A stretch of DNA of 57,907 nt, counting the filler, from Sphacelaria rigidula (Eukaryota): NCBI GenBank assembly GCA_964200075.2. It is 9 parts of 9 records of this genome, joined end to end, with 100 filler letters (N's around TTAATTAATTAA, not from the genome) between each part and the next. Parts side by side here need not be neighbours in the genome. Positions count along the whole stretch, not along the records: positions 19,338 to 25,682 come from CAXNAA020020634.1; positions 25,783 to 32,127 come from CAXNAA020020635.1; positions 32,228 to 38,572 come from CAXNAA020020636.1; 6 more parts are not named here. The stretch is one strand, 5' to 3'. Position numbers and translations under genes: made by a program. This document shows positions 22,738 through 33,850 of this stretch, in pieces. Under the pieces are notes generated by a model. That model ran no database searches, was not told where the DNA came from, and saw nothing but the letters and a program-made list of their open reading frames with translations. Every line of letters starts with the position of its first letter. Position 1 is the first letter of the stretch.

Positions 22738-25368
22738 GTGAGTCAACCAGCTTTTCCAGTCTGATGAAATAATACCGTTGGCCTTCCGTGAGGATTCCGC
22801 ACCAAAACATGCTCGTACTCCATGTGGTTTGCGAGGTTTACGGTGCAGGGGGTATAGGTTGGCCATGGTCTGTCGAGACGGCGCGGGAGTTTGGCCGCCA
22901 CCTCGGTTGATACAGCGGTGGAGTGACACTGGGTAACGCTCGTGAGCACCAACACATGAATGTGTAGTGAACCTGTGAGTTTGCATTGGTGTGGACGAAT
23001 ATCGGGGTCTAAACATCCAACACGGGGCACTTTCGACAATAGCCCCCCCCCCAAAAAAAAAAAAAGAAGAACAGCCCAAAACTGTCGCGAAGAAAATGGT
23101 GATGCAGCGCCTGATGTTTGGTTTGCGGCTGCAAGAAGCGCCTCATATGGTGGACATTGGTTGAAACGAACCCAAGCGTTCGAATTCCCAGCTGCTCATT
23201 TTGCCCGGAGCTTTTCATTTCGATTCATTTGTAGATATTACCTCCCCGAACTAGCCACTTGTTGTGGGGGGGGGGGGGGGTATCACAGAAAGTGTCACGG
23301 GGGGTGGAATGGGGGGGGGGGGTGGGNNNNNNNNNNTTCTTCGGGGCCAGCCCCCCCCCGGCCGGGCGTGTTGGGGGGGGGGGGGGGGGGGGTATCACAG
23401 AAAGTGTCACGGGGAGTTGAATCGTGGAGAGGGTATGGGAACGTCGGTCATCTCGGGAAGACTTTTGGCCGTCGTGAGCGAACGGCAAAAACACTCGGAG
23501 AAGAACCGATTCGTCTGGTGTTCTAGTCGTCGCTGTTGCTAGTGGTTTGATTAGGAGTGTTTGGCGACTGCATGAAGTACAGAAGGTCCTCGAGTAGACC
23601 GTACCCGAATAGGAAAGGTCAGGAGGGCCATCTGAAAGATTGTATCTCGACAGAAGAAAACGTCAGATTCGGAATATGTGAGGAAATTTACGCCTATTAA
23701 TAGCGAGGATACGGAGTGGAGTTCAGGAGAAGCTCTGTTCGGCGCATGGGTGGCACACGATGAGAATGCGTTTTTTTTTGCCTTTTTGCTACGTTTCTTT
23801 CCCCCCCCAGGTACAGATGCAGCATATATCCTGGGTTCCTGTGCGGGAAGAATTCTGATCGACAACCGTGTTTCTGGCGTGCTTTTACAATTCTGCACGT
23901 CTGAGCTGAAATGGTACTTTCCACATGCGCGAAACGTGAAGCTAAACCTTTTCTAGCCTAAACCGAATTTTTCCGAGTAAAACCAGGATCGATTTTCATC
24001 TACAGTAGAACGAGATGCCAAAACAACGGCAAGCCCGTCATTAGTTCATTTTTTATTTGAAAAGCATGATTATTTTTGAAACTGTACACCGTGCCGGTGT
24101 CTTATCGTTTCCCGAAAGTTCGGGTAGTCACCCTTTACTGCTCAATTAGCCTACTCGAAAGCGTGGAGCATGACAAGTCGAGAATAGCATGCAAAACATT
24201 CGAAAAATGCCTGAATATCGCCGACGATATCATTTCTCGCCTCCACCGCCACACTTGTTTCGCGAGCTGCGAAATCAAACAGCACCTGCTTTTTTTTTTC
24301 TTTCAAAAATCGAACAGGCATCCGCAACTACATATACCCAAAGGCTGCTCCTACTTTTTTCTTCGACAAACGGTTGTTTTTTCCAGCATAATTTTTTTCC
24401 TGACGCTTTTCCTCAGTACACCTTTCTCCGAGATCGGATTTTTTTTCCCGTCAAGGGTCTTGTGCCGCCCATAGTGCGACAAGCAAACCGTTTCCGGAGA
24501 TATTGAAGTTCGCCGAAAAAGCGTTTCATCAGAAAGTCGTCCATCAAGCACACTGCAGCTAGCTGTCCAGCACCGCACATGCGTTCCATGCACTTATAGC
24601 TGCTTATATCACAGTACAGACAAGTACGCGCAGTCTGCGGCGCAGCTACAATCCAGTGCAGCCAGTAACATCGTGCGGTAGTGCGGACAGCACGCACAGC
24701 TGCAGCATTTTCCTGCAGGCACTCACATGAGCATGAACGACAGCAGCTTACTTTATCTTACAGGCAGGACACAGAGGCCGCTATTTCGTTTATCGCATGA
24801 ATGATGGCGAAAAAAAAAAGTATGATGGTAGCGGGCGCTCCCATGTTGGTGTCAAACGAGCCAATTTCTCCCCAGAGTTGGACACGGTTTCGGAAAAGGG
24901 TCTTCATTGAGGAAATCTGCGGAAGGCATCACTTTTTGAACTTATTTTCGATATATATATATATATATTCGAATTGATAGGAGGCGGCCACAAGATTCAA
25001 TCATGGGATCAGTAGGGGGTGAGCCCTCCAGTAAGCGGTTGGCTCTTAACTCGTTCAAGTTAAGGCCCAAGATGAGAAGAATCAGATCGACTGTATACGG
25101 TCCTCATCTTTTGACCCAGAAGCTCTAAGATGGAGTAAAATTCTGGGATATCATTCATGTCCCCCAAAAGACCAAACTAACCGACGAAGCCTATGGTTGG
25201 AAGCCGCTTTTCCCGGAGGGACCTTGACTTCGTCCAGTCGGCTCTGCTCAAATTCCCCTCCCACACACCCACCGTCTATCTCTTTCCTCTCACCTTTCCA
25301 ACGCTCAGCACTACTGACACAAATCAACAAACTCCGCGCACTCCCCCAAAACACACAATGATACACAG

Positions 25369-25588
25369 TGAAGCGGACAACACAATCACCGCTACTGGTG
25401 GGTACGCGGACATGGCTGCAGCAGAACAGGGTGGTGATTCCCCCGGAGCTAGGCGGCAACGTGGCGTCACTCGAATGGCAGGGGAAGACGGTGGTGTTTG
25501 CCGCGGCGGGGGGTGTTGCCGTCGGCGCTCTAGCCGTCGCTGATCGGGCGAGGCCTGAGGCTCGAGAGGCTGTAGCAGCGCTGCACAG
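25369..25588 (+). CDS. P1B-type ATPase, next exon
   Basis: Phase-1 acceptor matches the previous donor; LLVGTRTWL...LEWQGKTVVFAA...ALAVADRARPEAREAVAALH matches the P1B pattern (G.T.V.VA...G.IAVAD..RPEA...V..L); GT donor at 25589. Confidence 0.9.
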
Positions 25589-25611
25589 GTGGGGGGTTGG
25601 GGGGGGGGGTG

Positions 25612-25671
25612 CTCAGTTGTTGCTTGCCTGAGCCGTTTGAGAATCGACCACGGCTCCCTTTTGAGACGGAG
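25612..25671 (-). mobile_element. LINE family A short 3' fragment between G-runs
   Basis: Reverse complement of the family-A terminus with G-runs on both sides, just inside the ATPase intron. Confidence 0.7.
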
Positions 25672-26446
25672 GGGGGGGGGGGNNNNNNNNNNNNNNNNNN
25701 NNNNNNNNNNNNNNNNNNNNNNNNNNTTAATTAATTAANNNNNNNNNNNNNNNNNNNNNNNNNNNNNNNNNNNNNNNNNNNNATATGCTCGAATCGAGCT
25801 GATTTGGTAAACTTGACGAGTTATGGTTGGAGATGCAAATGCGGCACTTACTGCTGGCCCAGCCTGTATATAGTTCTGAAACCAAGCATTCGATCGAAAC
25901 TGCAACTTGTCGACCGCGATGTTTACATATTGTTGTTAGTGTACACAGGCGGCAGTGGCAATAAACATCATGGCTGCTGCCAATAGTCAGTGAAGCGCAG
26001 TACACCGACGATGGTCAAAACTGCTTTTCACACGAGGGTTTCTGCGCTTGATCCGTCCGACGTACGCGCAGGCGACTTTCATGTGTGACCTTGCCCACTG
26101 CAATGCGAGAGGTGACGGATGCTTGCTGTTGTAACGCAAAGTTGCTTTGCACAGTCACACAGCGGAAACCATAGCATCGAGCTTCATAGCGAAGAAAACA
26201 TAACTGCAACCACTGACCGTACTGTGTGTGTATTGTATGAAGCAAAACCTGTGGCCACAATCACCCTGGCATCGATAACTCAATCTTCGCCAACATGGCC
26301 CTATAGGCAGGCCATATTTCCCACTCGTGGCGGCACAACGACGCATGAATATCTTGCGGGTATCGGCGGTCAAGACCTGGAAGCACCTTCTAAGGGCTAG
26401 CAATGTGGGATTAACAGTGTTGTGCCCCAATTTCGCGGCTGCGGCC

Positions 26447-26678
26447 TGTAGCCCAAAATGGCGCCAAGCCGTTGCGTTTCACGTGTAGGATACTGGATGA
26501 TGATTATGTGACAGGGTACACTGTGGATGATGACCCTCACCGTGTAGCCTTTGATGTGGAGCCAGTGGGCTGCTGTTGCTTACTTCGTGAATGGAAGCTC
26601 TGAGAGAAGTTCTTATCGATCGTGAGGCCAGTGGATTCTGGAGAAGTCCCTTACTGAATAGCCCTCTTGTCCAGATCA
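26447..26678 (+). repeat. 5' LTR (~232 bp, TG...CA)
   Basis: Starts TGTAGCCC and ends CCAGATCA; followed after 2 nt by TGGCAGAGGCGA (putative PBS at 26681); repeated at 31924. Confidence 0.88.
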
Positions 26679-26872
26679 TCTGGCAGAGGCGATAATATCT
26701 AGATACTACTCGGCACTTTGTTTGGAGGAGTTTGGGCTGAGGTACGAGACGGGCAGCCGGTACGGTTTGTGCCCAAGGAGTAGTGCTGAAAGCACTTGGT
26801 TTAAACGAGAGGAGCAGCTTGCAGCAAGACCAGCGTTTGGAGAAAGCTCCGCTGGCGACGCTCAAGTCAGGC

Positions 26873-29800
26873 ATGGCTCAAGCGACAGCAACACCACTTG
26901 TATTGGGTGAGACGTTACATCCGCCGCAATATGGTAAAGAGTGAAACGAAGCAGCTAGTCGCAAGTTTTCTGGGGCCCATCTCGATTACGAACAGCGGTT
27001 GCGAATCGCTAATGAAGAAGTAAGGGTGATACACGCGCAAGTGCCCGTTGGGCAGTTGATTCCTGCATACATTCGTCAATGTTTCGAAATCCTGTACACG
27101 GACGGACGAACAATGACCTCAGCGGAGCTCGTAGATGCTGTGAAGCAGCATGCTGGGTATACCACTACCGGTGGCCGAGAGGATAAAACTCAGGCTGCGG
27201 CTGATATCAGGCGCATTCTCAGGATGGCCCAAGACGGACCATTGTCTGTACGGGATAGGGCAATGACAGTCACTTCAAATTTGGAACAGTATTTAAAAAA
27301 AAGATGTCGGTCGAAGCCATGTACAGGTCACAAGACAGAAGCTGGCTGCCAGGTCCGGTAGAGTCAGTTTCCATTGCCATGGTGGACGGCATTGCGCCTC
27401 CGGCGTTCAAGGCTCATGTCAAGACTCTCTTGATGTACGAGGAGGGTTGGAAACGAAACCCGACTTTAGTGATGAAGACGATATTTGAGGCTACTGACAA
27501 GTCGAAACTTGTGGAATCTGTAGAACGCCGTGATGGTGGGGCAAACACGGGTGGATCTCGCCGCAAACAACAACAGCAGCAGCAGCAGTCGTCTGCGCGA
27601 GGGACATCTACTCGCGCATGCTATAACTGTGGCGACCATGGACATCTTTTAAAAGATTGTCCCAAGCTTCGCGCCAAGGGCGCTAATCAAAATAGTCCGC
27701 AAGATCAGTCAGGATCCAGCGGCGGTCGTCATGGAGGAAAAGGTAGGGGTCATGATGGACGCGGACGCGGTGGCCGCGGCAGCAATCGAGAGGCGACGGA
27801 TGGTGGATCCTCCACTACAATATCTTCGGCTGCATCTTCAGAACCTGCCTCAGGCTCTTCTGGCCCGTCCATGCCGGGGCGGGCAGTTTATGTAGGAGGG
27901 AGTAGTACTTCGATGGGTGGTGCTGGAGCGGACAGCTCGCAAACCACCGGCCAGGCAGGATCCGTGTCTAGTATCGCTCCCGCTACTGCGACGGCGGCAA
28001 CGGCGCCGTCTACATATACGAAATCTTGGTCGGGGTGGAACGCCGATTCGGTGTCGACAACGCCACTTTCTGGAGCGCAGCCTTGGCGACAGGTGACTCT
28101 AGCCAACAATCAAGGTTTCCCCCCGACAGGTGTAGTGCCTGTCGATCGCACTGCACGATGTCTCCGTGCTGACCTTTGTTTGATAGGTACGGTAGGATCA
28201 TTGATGGCACGAGTTATTCTGGACTCTGGGTCCGCGCTCACGTCGATCAGCGTGGGTTTGCTGGCCCAGTTGTCTTTACTCTGCGGCAACGCTCAATTAC
28301 AGTTGCGGTTCCAGAACGGTCCCCAAACCGCTCACACCGCTACGGGAGGTAACACACAAGACGGTCCCAATCTCCGTAAGTGTACGCACTCCGTGGGGGG
28401 CTGTGCAGTTGCCACCCATCACCTTCGCTATTATGCCCGGTAGGGATGATGGCATTCTCTTCGGCATGGCAACGATAAAGCAGATCGGCATTGATTTGTA
28501 TCCTCTGGCATTGGAGTTACGCCCCCATGCCGTGCCGGTTCAGACGGACGTCGAAAACTCTAGTTATCTAGCGGCTAGGCGGGTGAACATCTCTGCCGAT
28601 GCGTTTCAAACTGCGTGTGTGAAGGAAACTCCTGCGGATGAGGCAGTGGAGCGATTGGTGGACCGGGGCCCGGACATGTTTCTGGACCCTGCAGAAGAGA
28701 AGGAGGGGAGAGATCGCGCGCTGGCAGATAGCGTGCGACAGGCCGAACAGCAGGGCCTGAGCGCCGAGGGCGCATATCGTCTGCGCGATATTTTGTCTCG
28801 TCGCGTAGATACATTTCGACGTGCGCTGTGCGGTGATCTGCCAGCGCGCGTAGAGCCGATGCGCGTGCAACTCAAGTCGCAGGCGAAGGCTGTAAAGGCC
28901 AAGCCAAGGCGATACGATCCGGTGAAAACCGGGTAACTGGCTGCATGCATAGCGGCGTTGGTGGCGTTTGGTTTGGTGGTGAGGAACAAACAAGCGGTGT
29001 GGGCGAGTCCGGCGATGGCGGTGCCGAAGAGAGATACTTTCCATTTGGTCAGTGACTACCAAGCGGTGAACGCGCAGATAGAGCAGTCTCCGGGGGTAAT
29101 GCCGAGTCAGGAGGACATGCGGGAGTTACTGGGAGCGCAATGCTTTGGCAAATTGGACTTGCTCCAGGGGTGTTGGCAAATACCTCTGGCACCGGACGCA
29201 CAAGAGTTCTTCACGATCGTCATACCAGAAGGTCTGTTTACGCCAACTCGTGTTGCTCAGGGTGTGCTGAATGCTACATCCTATTTTCAAGGTGTGATGA
29301 CTGATCTTTTGCAAGGATTGGACTGCAAAGTGTGGGTCGATGATGTTTTTCATTTCGCCGATTCAGAAGAAGCGTTGCTGACGTTGTTAGTCGGGATTCT
29401 CGGACGTTTGGAGAGTGTTGGTATATTCGTCGCTGCTCACAAGTGCACGTTTTTTTCTCGAGAAATAGTTTGGTGTGGAAAGGTGTACTCACACGGAACT
29501 TTGTCTCATGATCCTGTACGCATCCAAGGGCTGAGTACAATGCGACGTCCTCAAAATGCAAGTGAGCGAATGCAGTTTTTGCAGGCGGTCAATTGGTTGC
29601 AAACTTCGCTACCTCGCATGGCAGAAGTAGTAGCGCCACTTCGTGCGTTTTTAGAACAACCGATGACAGGGGCGTCGCGTAGGACCAAGCGGGTGGCGCG
29701 AAATCGTGTCATTCCGGAGGACGCCTGGACGGAGGATCGGGTGCGGGCATGGCGTGCAGCGCAGGATTTGGTGGCGCAAGCGGTCCCACTGTATCATCCT

Positions 29801-31842
29801 CGTCCTGGGTGCGTTGTGTTTATGTTTCCCGATGCAAGTGACCTTCACTGGGAGTCTTTTCTGACGCAGGTGCCTGTCACAGAGTTCAACAGTGACATGT
29901 GGTTGGACAATATGTCACACGAACCTTTGGGGCTTCTGAGTGGTAGTTTCAAGGGTTCACAGTTGCGGTGGGCGACAGTGGATAAGGAAGGTTTCGCGAT
30001 TGTAGACACATTCCGTAGACTCGAGTATATGCTCTGGGGTGGTGTTCGTATCTTCACTGATCATCGGAATCTGAAGTAAAATTTCAACCCTGAGGAGTGT
30101 GTCACCTCGGTCACAAAAGCCATGGCACAGAGACTGGAGAATTGGAAAGGTGTGCTAGGTCAGTACCGATACGCAATTGAACACATCCCGGGAGAAAAAA
30201 ATGTTGGGGAGATTTGTTGTCTCGTTGGGTCCAGGTCCCCGCCGTACCTATTCGTTCCGTTGCTGTGTACAGCCCGTGTGATGCTGATGATTCGCTGCCC
30301 TCGTTAGATGTACTTCGCAATGCGCAGCGGAAAACAGTCGGCGACGGTGTAACCTCTTTTCCCACGACCTTCGGTCAAGCTACCTTGGCTGATGATGGTT
30401 CGTTTCGGGTGCATGTTGGCAGTCGTGATGTTTTGTGGATTCCGCCAGAGGATAAGACTCTGCAAATTTGCCTTATGGTGTGCGCTCACATGAGATCGGC
30501 TGGGCACCGTGGTGTGGCGCCGACTGTGTTTCGTCTGAAAGAATACTGTGTGTGGCCTCACATGGATTCTCAGGTTCGCGCGTTTGTTCGCCAGTGTTTA
30601 CACTGTGTAGACACTCGTGCTGGTGAAATTGTACCTCGTCCGTTTGGCGATACTGTGCGTGGTACTGCGCCAGGTGAGGTGGTCCACTTTGACTTTCTCT
30701 ACGTCAGGAGTAGCGGGCCTGAAGGTGATGATGCTTTGCCTGAGGACGATGGTTTTCGATACGAACCAGTCATAATGGATGATTTATCTAATTTCGTGTG
30801 TCTGGAGCCCACCGGAGCTTGTACAGCCGAGGTCACGGCTCAATATTTGTTGCAGTGGTGTAACACTTTGGGGGTGCCACGGGTGTGGGTGAGCGATACA
30901 GCTTCGCATTTCAAAAATCGAGTGATAGTGCATCTGAGCGACGCGCTCCAGGTGAAACAACAATTTGCTGTTGCATACACCCCATGGTCAAACGGTGCAT
31001 GCGAACGTATGGTGAAGGAGGCTATTCGTGCGCTGAGCTCTATTTTATCAGAACAGAGACGACCGGTGTCGGATTGGGATAATGTTCTACCGGCAGCTCA
31101 GTGGACGCTGAATACGCCTTTTCGTGAACGATACCGCAACACTCCATACTGTGTGATGGTTGGACGGGCGCCGCGTACCGCGTGCTCAGCTTTGGTTTCT
31201 GCCACTGGCGGCGAGTGGAAAATCGATGTCATGAATGCTGACGCGTTGCGTGACAAGGTTAAGAACGTCGTTGAAGAGCAAGTGAGGTTTTGCAGAGAAG
31301 TGCACGCAGCTGTTGCGGTGTCCCGAGAAACTAAACGTAAGCTTGCTCAGGGCCAAGCTGTGTTGCCCAAATTTGCGGTTGGTGATTTTGTTTTGTATAC
31401 TCGTGTTCGTAGACAAGGTGTGACGCCAAAACTGATATCCACATGGACAGGTCCGTGGCGAGTGGTCAGAGCCGATCACGCTCACGTGTATTCGGTGCAG
31501 AATATTGTTTCGGGCGCCGTGCACTTGGCTCATGTCGCTCGTTTACGTTTTTATACTGACTCACAGTTGCACATCACTGCGGAACTCAAAGATGTTTTTC
31601 AGCATTCGTATCCTCATGGGGAGTGTCGGATGAATGCTTCGGTGCACGTCGCAGAGGACGATGATGGAAATGTCATAGTTTTGGTCGATTGAAATGGCTT
31701 CGATTCTGAAGAACGTGCGTGGGAGTCTCTTCGGGAAATTCATTCTTCGGCGCCTGAATTTGTTGTCAAGGAATTGCGTAAACTGCGGTTGACTCGGGCG
31801 TTGACCAGTAAATTAGCGTCGAAATATGGCATTTCTTTGTGA
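26873..31842 (+). pseudogene. Gypsy gag-pol polyprotein, disrupted by stops and frameshifts
   Basis: Gag from MAQATATP; CCHC knuckle CYNCGDHGHLLKDC; protease ILDSGS; RT KLDLLQGCWQI...WVDD; RNase H FPDASD...KEGFAIV...TDHRNL; integrase HHCC plus DDE core and WTGPW; chromodomain-like VLVD*NGFDSEERAWESL. Split over ORFs 26999, 27304, 28403, 28958, 30122 and 30214. Confidence 0.95.
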
Positions 31843-31923
31843 TTTGGCGCATGCAAATTCGGCTTGGTGATTCTTGTTGGTTGTCAAGCTCGTTCGTTTG
31901 TCTTGAACTCGCTTTGGGGGTGC

Positions 31924-32127
31924 TGTAGCCCAAAATGGTGCCAAGCCGTTACGTTTCACGTGTAGGATACTGGATGATGATTATGTGACAGGGTACACTG
32001 TGGATGATGACCCTCACCGTGTAGCCTTTGATGTGTAGCCAGTGGGCTGCTATTGCTTACTTCGTGAATGGAAGCTCTGAGAGAAGTTCTTATCAAGCGT
32101 GAGGCCAGTGGATTCTGGAGAAGTCCC
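31924..32127 (+). repeat. 3' LTR (cut by contig end)
   Basis: Direct repeat of 26447-26650 with 6 substitutions in 204 bp by manual count; short GGGGG tract upstream. Confidence 0.92.
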
Positions 32128-32227
32128 NNNNNNNNNNNNNNNNNNNNNNNNNNNNNNNNNNNNNNNNNNNNTTAATTAATTAANNNNNNNNNNNNNNNNN
32201 NNNNNNNNNNNNNNNNNNNNNNNNNNN

Positions 32228-32279
<52 letters not shown>
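32228..32279. repeat. (AAT)n microsatellite
   Basis: Perfect AAT repeats. Confidence 0.95.
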
Positions 32280-32285
<6 letters not shown>

Positions 32286-32302
32286 CAAGTTGGGATATTA
32301 TA

Positions 32303-33850
32303 CAGGCTGGTTCACGTTTATCACCCAAAAAACACTCATCGGCAAAACCTCACGCCGTTTTAAGGGGTTAGATCCCGAAATTTTGTACGAATGTTTTATG
32401 AGTAATCACGCAACTTTCGAAGATCGAGGTTTTTTTTTTACTTTTGGACTTTTCCCACCGTTTTTCGGGGGTCTCAATTGTTTTGGGGAAACCTCAACCC
32501 AATGGGACCCCCGTAAAACGGCAACAAAAAAATAAGTAAAACACCTCGTCCATCCAAAGTTGAGTAATGTCCCAAAGCACAGTTATGCAAAATTTCAGGG
32601 TCTAACTCCTTGAAATGGGGTGAAGTTTTTGGCCTTTGTGCGATGAAGTTTACCGTACCGCGGTGAAACCGCAACCTACTTGATTTTAGTACCAAAACGG
32701 CGTTTTTGGGCCTTTTTCGACGTGAACATGGAAATTCAAGCATCAGTTGATCGACTTTTGCGACGAAAGCTTGTGGAGCCCATCCTTGGGTTATGCGGAG
32801 GAAGATACTTCGCGAAGAAAAACAAAATCGTATTGCCGGTTCTCTGGGGTCCCAGAATAGAGACTACTGCGAAAAACGACGTCGATCCCATCGGACCCCC
32901 GAAAAAATGTGAAAAACTGTGAAAAACGCAAGGAGTACAAAAAACATCGTCCGTAGAAAGTTTAGTAATGATACAGAGCATATTTATGCAAAGTTTCAGG
33001 ATCTAACTCCTCATGACAGCGTGAAAGTTTGCGTGTTTGTGGAGGACGTGGGCTTGAAACGCGCAACTCCTAACTACTTCGGTTTAGTATGGAAACGTAT
33101 TGTGGGTTGAATTTGACGTCAAGGCGAGAAAAACTGTATGAGGTTTTCGATTTTCTCTACCAAACTTTTACATGTGTTCCTTGAACTCTCCTGGGACGCA
33201 TCATTTCATTGTTTTTCTTTCAGGGCATTCTCTACCGGCTTCCGGGGGTCTTCATGCTGGGACCCCCGGAAGCCGGTAGAGAACGGAGAAACTTTGAGAT
33301 ATTATCAAGAATAGTTTTTTTTCCATTTTGAGCATCAATTCCTACGGAACTGCCGAGTTTGAGGGCGACCTGAGATTTTCTACAACAGATATAGGGGACA
33401 CCGTCACGAGGCTCCCTGGGTCTCTCGTGCGTATCATCAGTGGAATTTAGACGACGCCAACACCCGACATCACCGAAACATCACGGTTTCGGGTATAATT
33501 CGACCCCCGTAGTAACCGTTTTCAAAATATGGTTTTCTCGTTAGATTCCCGTGTCGATGACGATTACTACGATTTGAAGCATGTAGAGATTGGGTGAAAG
33601 TTGGGCTTGATATTCGTAATATAGATCTCGGAATACTTTGAGGGGCGCTGATTGGCTGAGACACATTTTCGTCCATAGCGACACCNNNNNNNNNNGCCAC
33701 CGCTACGGTCTTAAATAGACATCCGGCTATGTCACCCTCTTCGTCCCTTCATTGCGGTCAGTATGATACCATATATGCGACTATTGGGTGCGTTTCGCGG
33801 AAGACATTTGCTGATGACATAATTTTGGGTGATCACCGTGAACCAGCCTG
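32303..33850 (+). mobile_element. Non-autonomous TIR DNA transposon (~1.55 kb), Tc1/mariner-like
   Basis: TA|CAGGCTGGTTCACGTTTATCACCCAAAA ... TTTTGGGTGATCACCGTGAACCAGCCTG; internal GTTAGA.CC.GAAATTTTG subrepeats and a long perfect hairpin; second copy at 14268. Confidence 0.8.

Larger units (their letters stand above)
26447..32127 (+). mobile_element. Ty3/Gypsy LTR retrotransposon with chromodomain, near full length, decayed
   Basis: Paired LTRs, TGG-starting PBS, and gag-PR-RT-RH-IN domain order with a C-terminal chromodomain-like segment. Confidence 0.96.

Noticed and set aside
23265..23415. Direct repeat GGGGTATCACAGAAAGTGTCACGGGG around a small gap
   Set aside because: Flanks an N gap amid poly(G), so it is probably a scaffolding overlap artefact; a TSD around a poorly resolved insert cannot be excluded.
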